Source: Chlorokybus atmophyticus (Eukaryota > Plantae > Mesostigma and Chlorokybus algae). From it: DNA of 64,000 bases. The translations under genes and the position numbers were made by a program. The notes below the pieces were generated by a model. That model saw only the letters and a program-made list of their open reading frames with translations. It did not search any database and was not told the DNA's origin. Position 1 is the stretch's first letter; the number at the start of each line of letters is the position of its first letter. Shown piece after piece: positions 62,721 to 64,000 of this stretch. Location: the NCBI GenBank assembly GCA_009103225.1, contig RHPI01003488.1:124001-188000 (forward strand), given 5' to 3'.

Positions 62721-64000
62721 CATTGGTTGTGTATGTGCTTGTGTCGGCCACTGTGTATACAGCTCTATGCCACCAAGTAGAGTCATCCAGTGGACAGTGT
62801 ATAGTCATTGTTGTGGTTGTTCTTGTTGTCCAGTAGTGCCATTCCGCTTTGTATCTGGAGAGTGTACACAGCCTGGTGGTGGTCTTGCTGTTGCATGCCC
62901 ATGTGCTAACTGCTGCATGACATGTTATTGGGCAGACTTACTATGCATGTCTAATAGCACGACTTATACCCTATGCATGTGTAACAGAACTGCGCATATC
63001 TTGCACAGTGGTCCTTGCCTTTCCACAATGCGAGACAAGCCAAGCTCCAGTCAAAAATCAGAAGAGCGTGAATGAGCACATTGGTTATTAATAGGCTGTA
63101 CACCGTACCCAATATCTGCTGGCATGTGTAGATAGCAGGCACAACGTATGATGCGTGCATCACCTTTTGCAATCAGTTCTGCAGAAACAGTACACAAAAT
63201 GCGATGTGGGGTGGCGCATGCATAGTACATCCACATAGTGTCACGCTCACACAACATGCACGCAGCAGGTAGCCACATAGGTATGTTATTCTAACCACCG
63301 GGTTCATCTACTCCTACCAACTTAGCTACTTCCTATACTACCGCTACACCCCATCAGTCATGCAAGCATGCATAGTCATCATAATCACCTGCCACACGGG
63401 CTGCTGTCAGCAGTTGCTGGCTAGCATGGTAACAGCCACAACAGCAGTGACGAGGACTTCCACGCCCTCCTCCCTTCCACCTCCCGCCGCCGCCACACTC
63501 CAACTATCGCCCGGCAGTGGCCGCAGCTGCTGCGACTGCCGTACTGTAGGGCTTCGTCAATTGTACGGCAGCATGCACAGTCATTTATGCATGTGCTGCA
63601 GCACTCCCTTGCTGTCGCTGTGTGAGTGCGACAGTTCATGACGTGTATACTTGTATAATCTTGGGATGCTGCTGCGCGAGCAATACAGGACCATGGGTTG
63701 GGCGCATTAGCACAGAGCTGGAGCCGGCGACGCCGCATGCTGCCCGCACTGTTGTACAAGATCGTGTACTTGACAACGCAGAAGCACCGGCGCACAACAG
63801 CAACCACCACATGCACATCAGCGCACACCACGCCAGCTGGTGCATAGTGTATTGCGCGGGGAGCAAACTGCCTGTGCCGCAGAGTGCCCGTGCGAAGGAC
63901 ATGCCCACTCAACCCCACCACCCAACCCCACCGACCACCTGCCTAACTGCCACGTAGAGGCCCTGCGCGGTGCAGTGCTGACGTTGGCACTGCACTGCGA

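Noticed and set aside
62780-64000. Possible additional gene at the right edge
   Set aside because: Some exon-like pieces exist, but I could not build a consistent reading frame or recognise a product.

Overview
Eukaryotic, intron-rich, ~50% GC DNA from a green-lineage alga. Streptophyte-like is an inference from the ABF/ABI5 bZIP with C1-C4 boxes and the MUR4, rubredoxin-like and TAXIMIN-like genes. The first ~15 kb is a decayed multi-gene DNA transposon with a Plavaka-type transposase whose 5' end lies outside the window. It carries a chromatin/ubiquitin cargo: an intact spliced gene for a Cys-rich/Tudor/phage-type C5 cytosine methyltransferase, a broken gene with an OTU-like protease and a RING finger, a helical accessory gene, an unknown gene, a nested CACTA-like insert and several palindromic arrays. 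About 15-19.5 kb is non-coding. The rest holds ordinary host genes: MUR4, CDC73, rubredoxin-like, ABHD13, NOC1, an ABF-type bZIP, an unknown plastid protein, TYW1, a BRO1 protein, a BNR sialidase-like protein and PXN. It also holds a very young 508-bp TRIM retroelement that appears to contain a tRNA-type Pol III transcription unit. There are two N gaps. All domain calls are by eye, without database searches.
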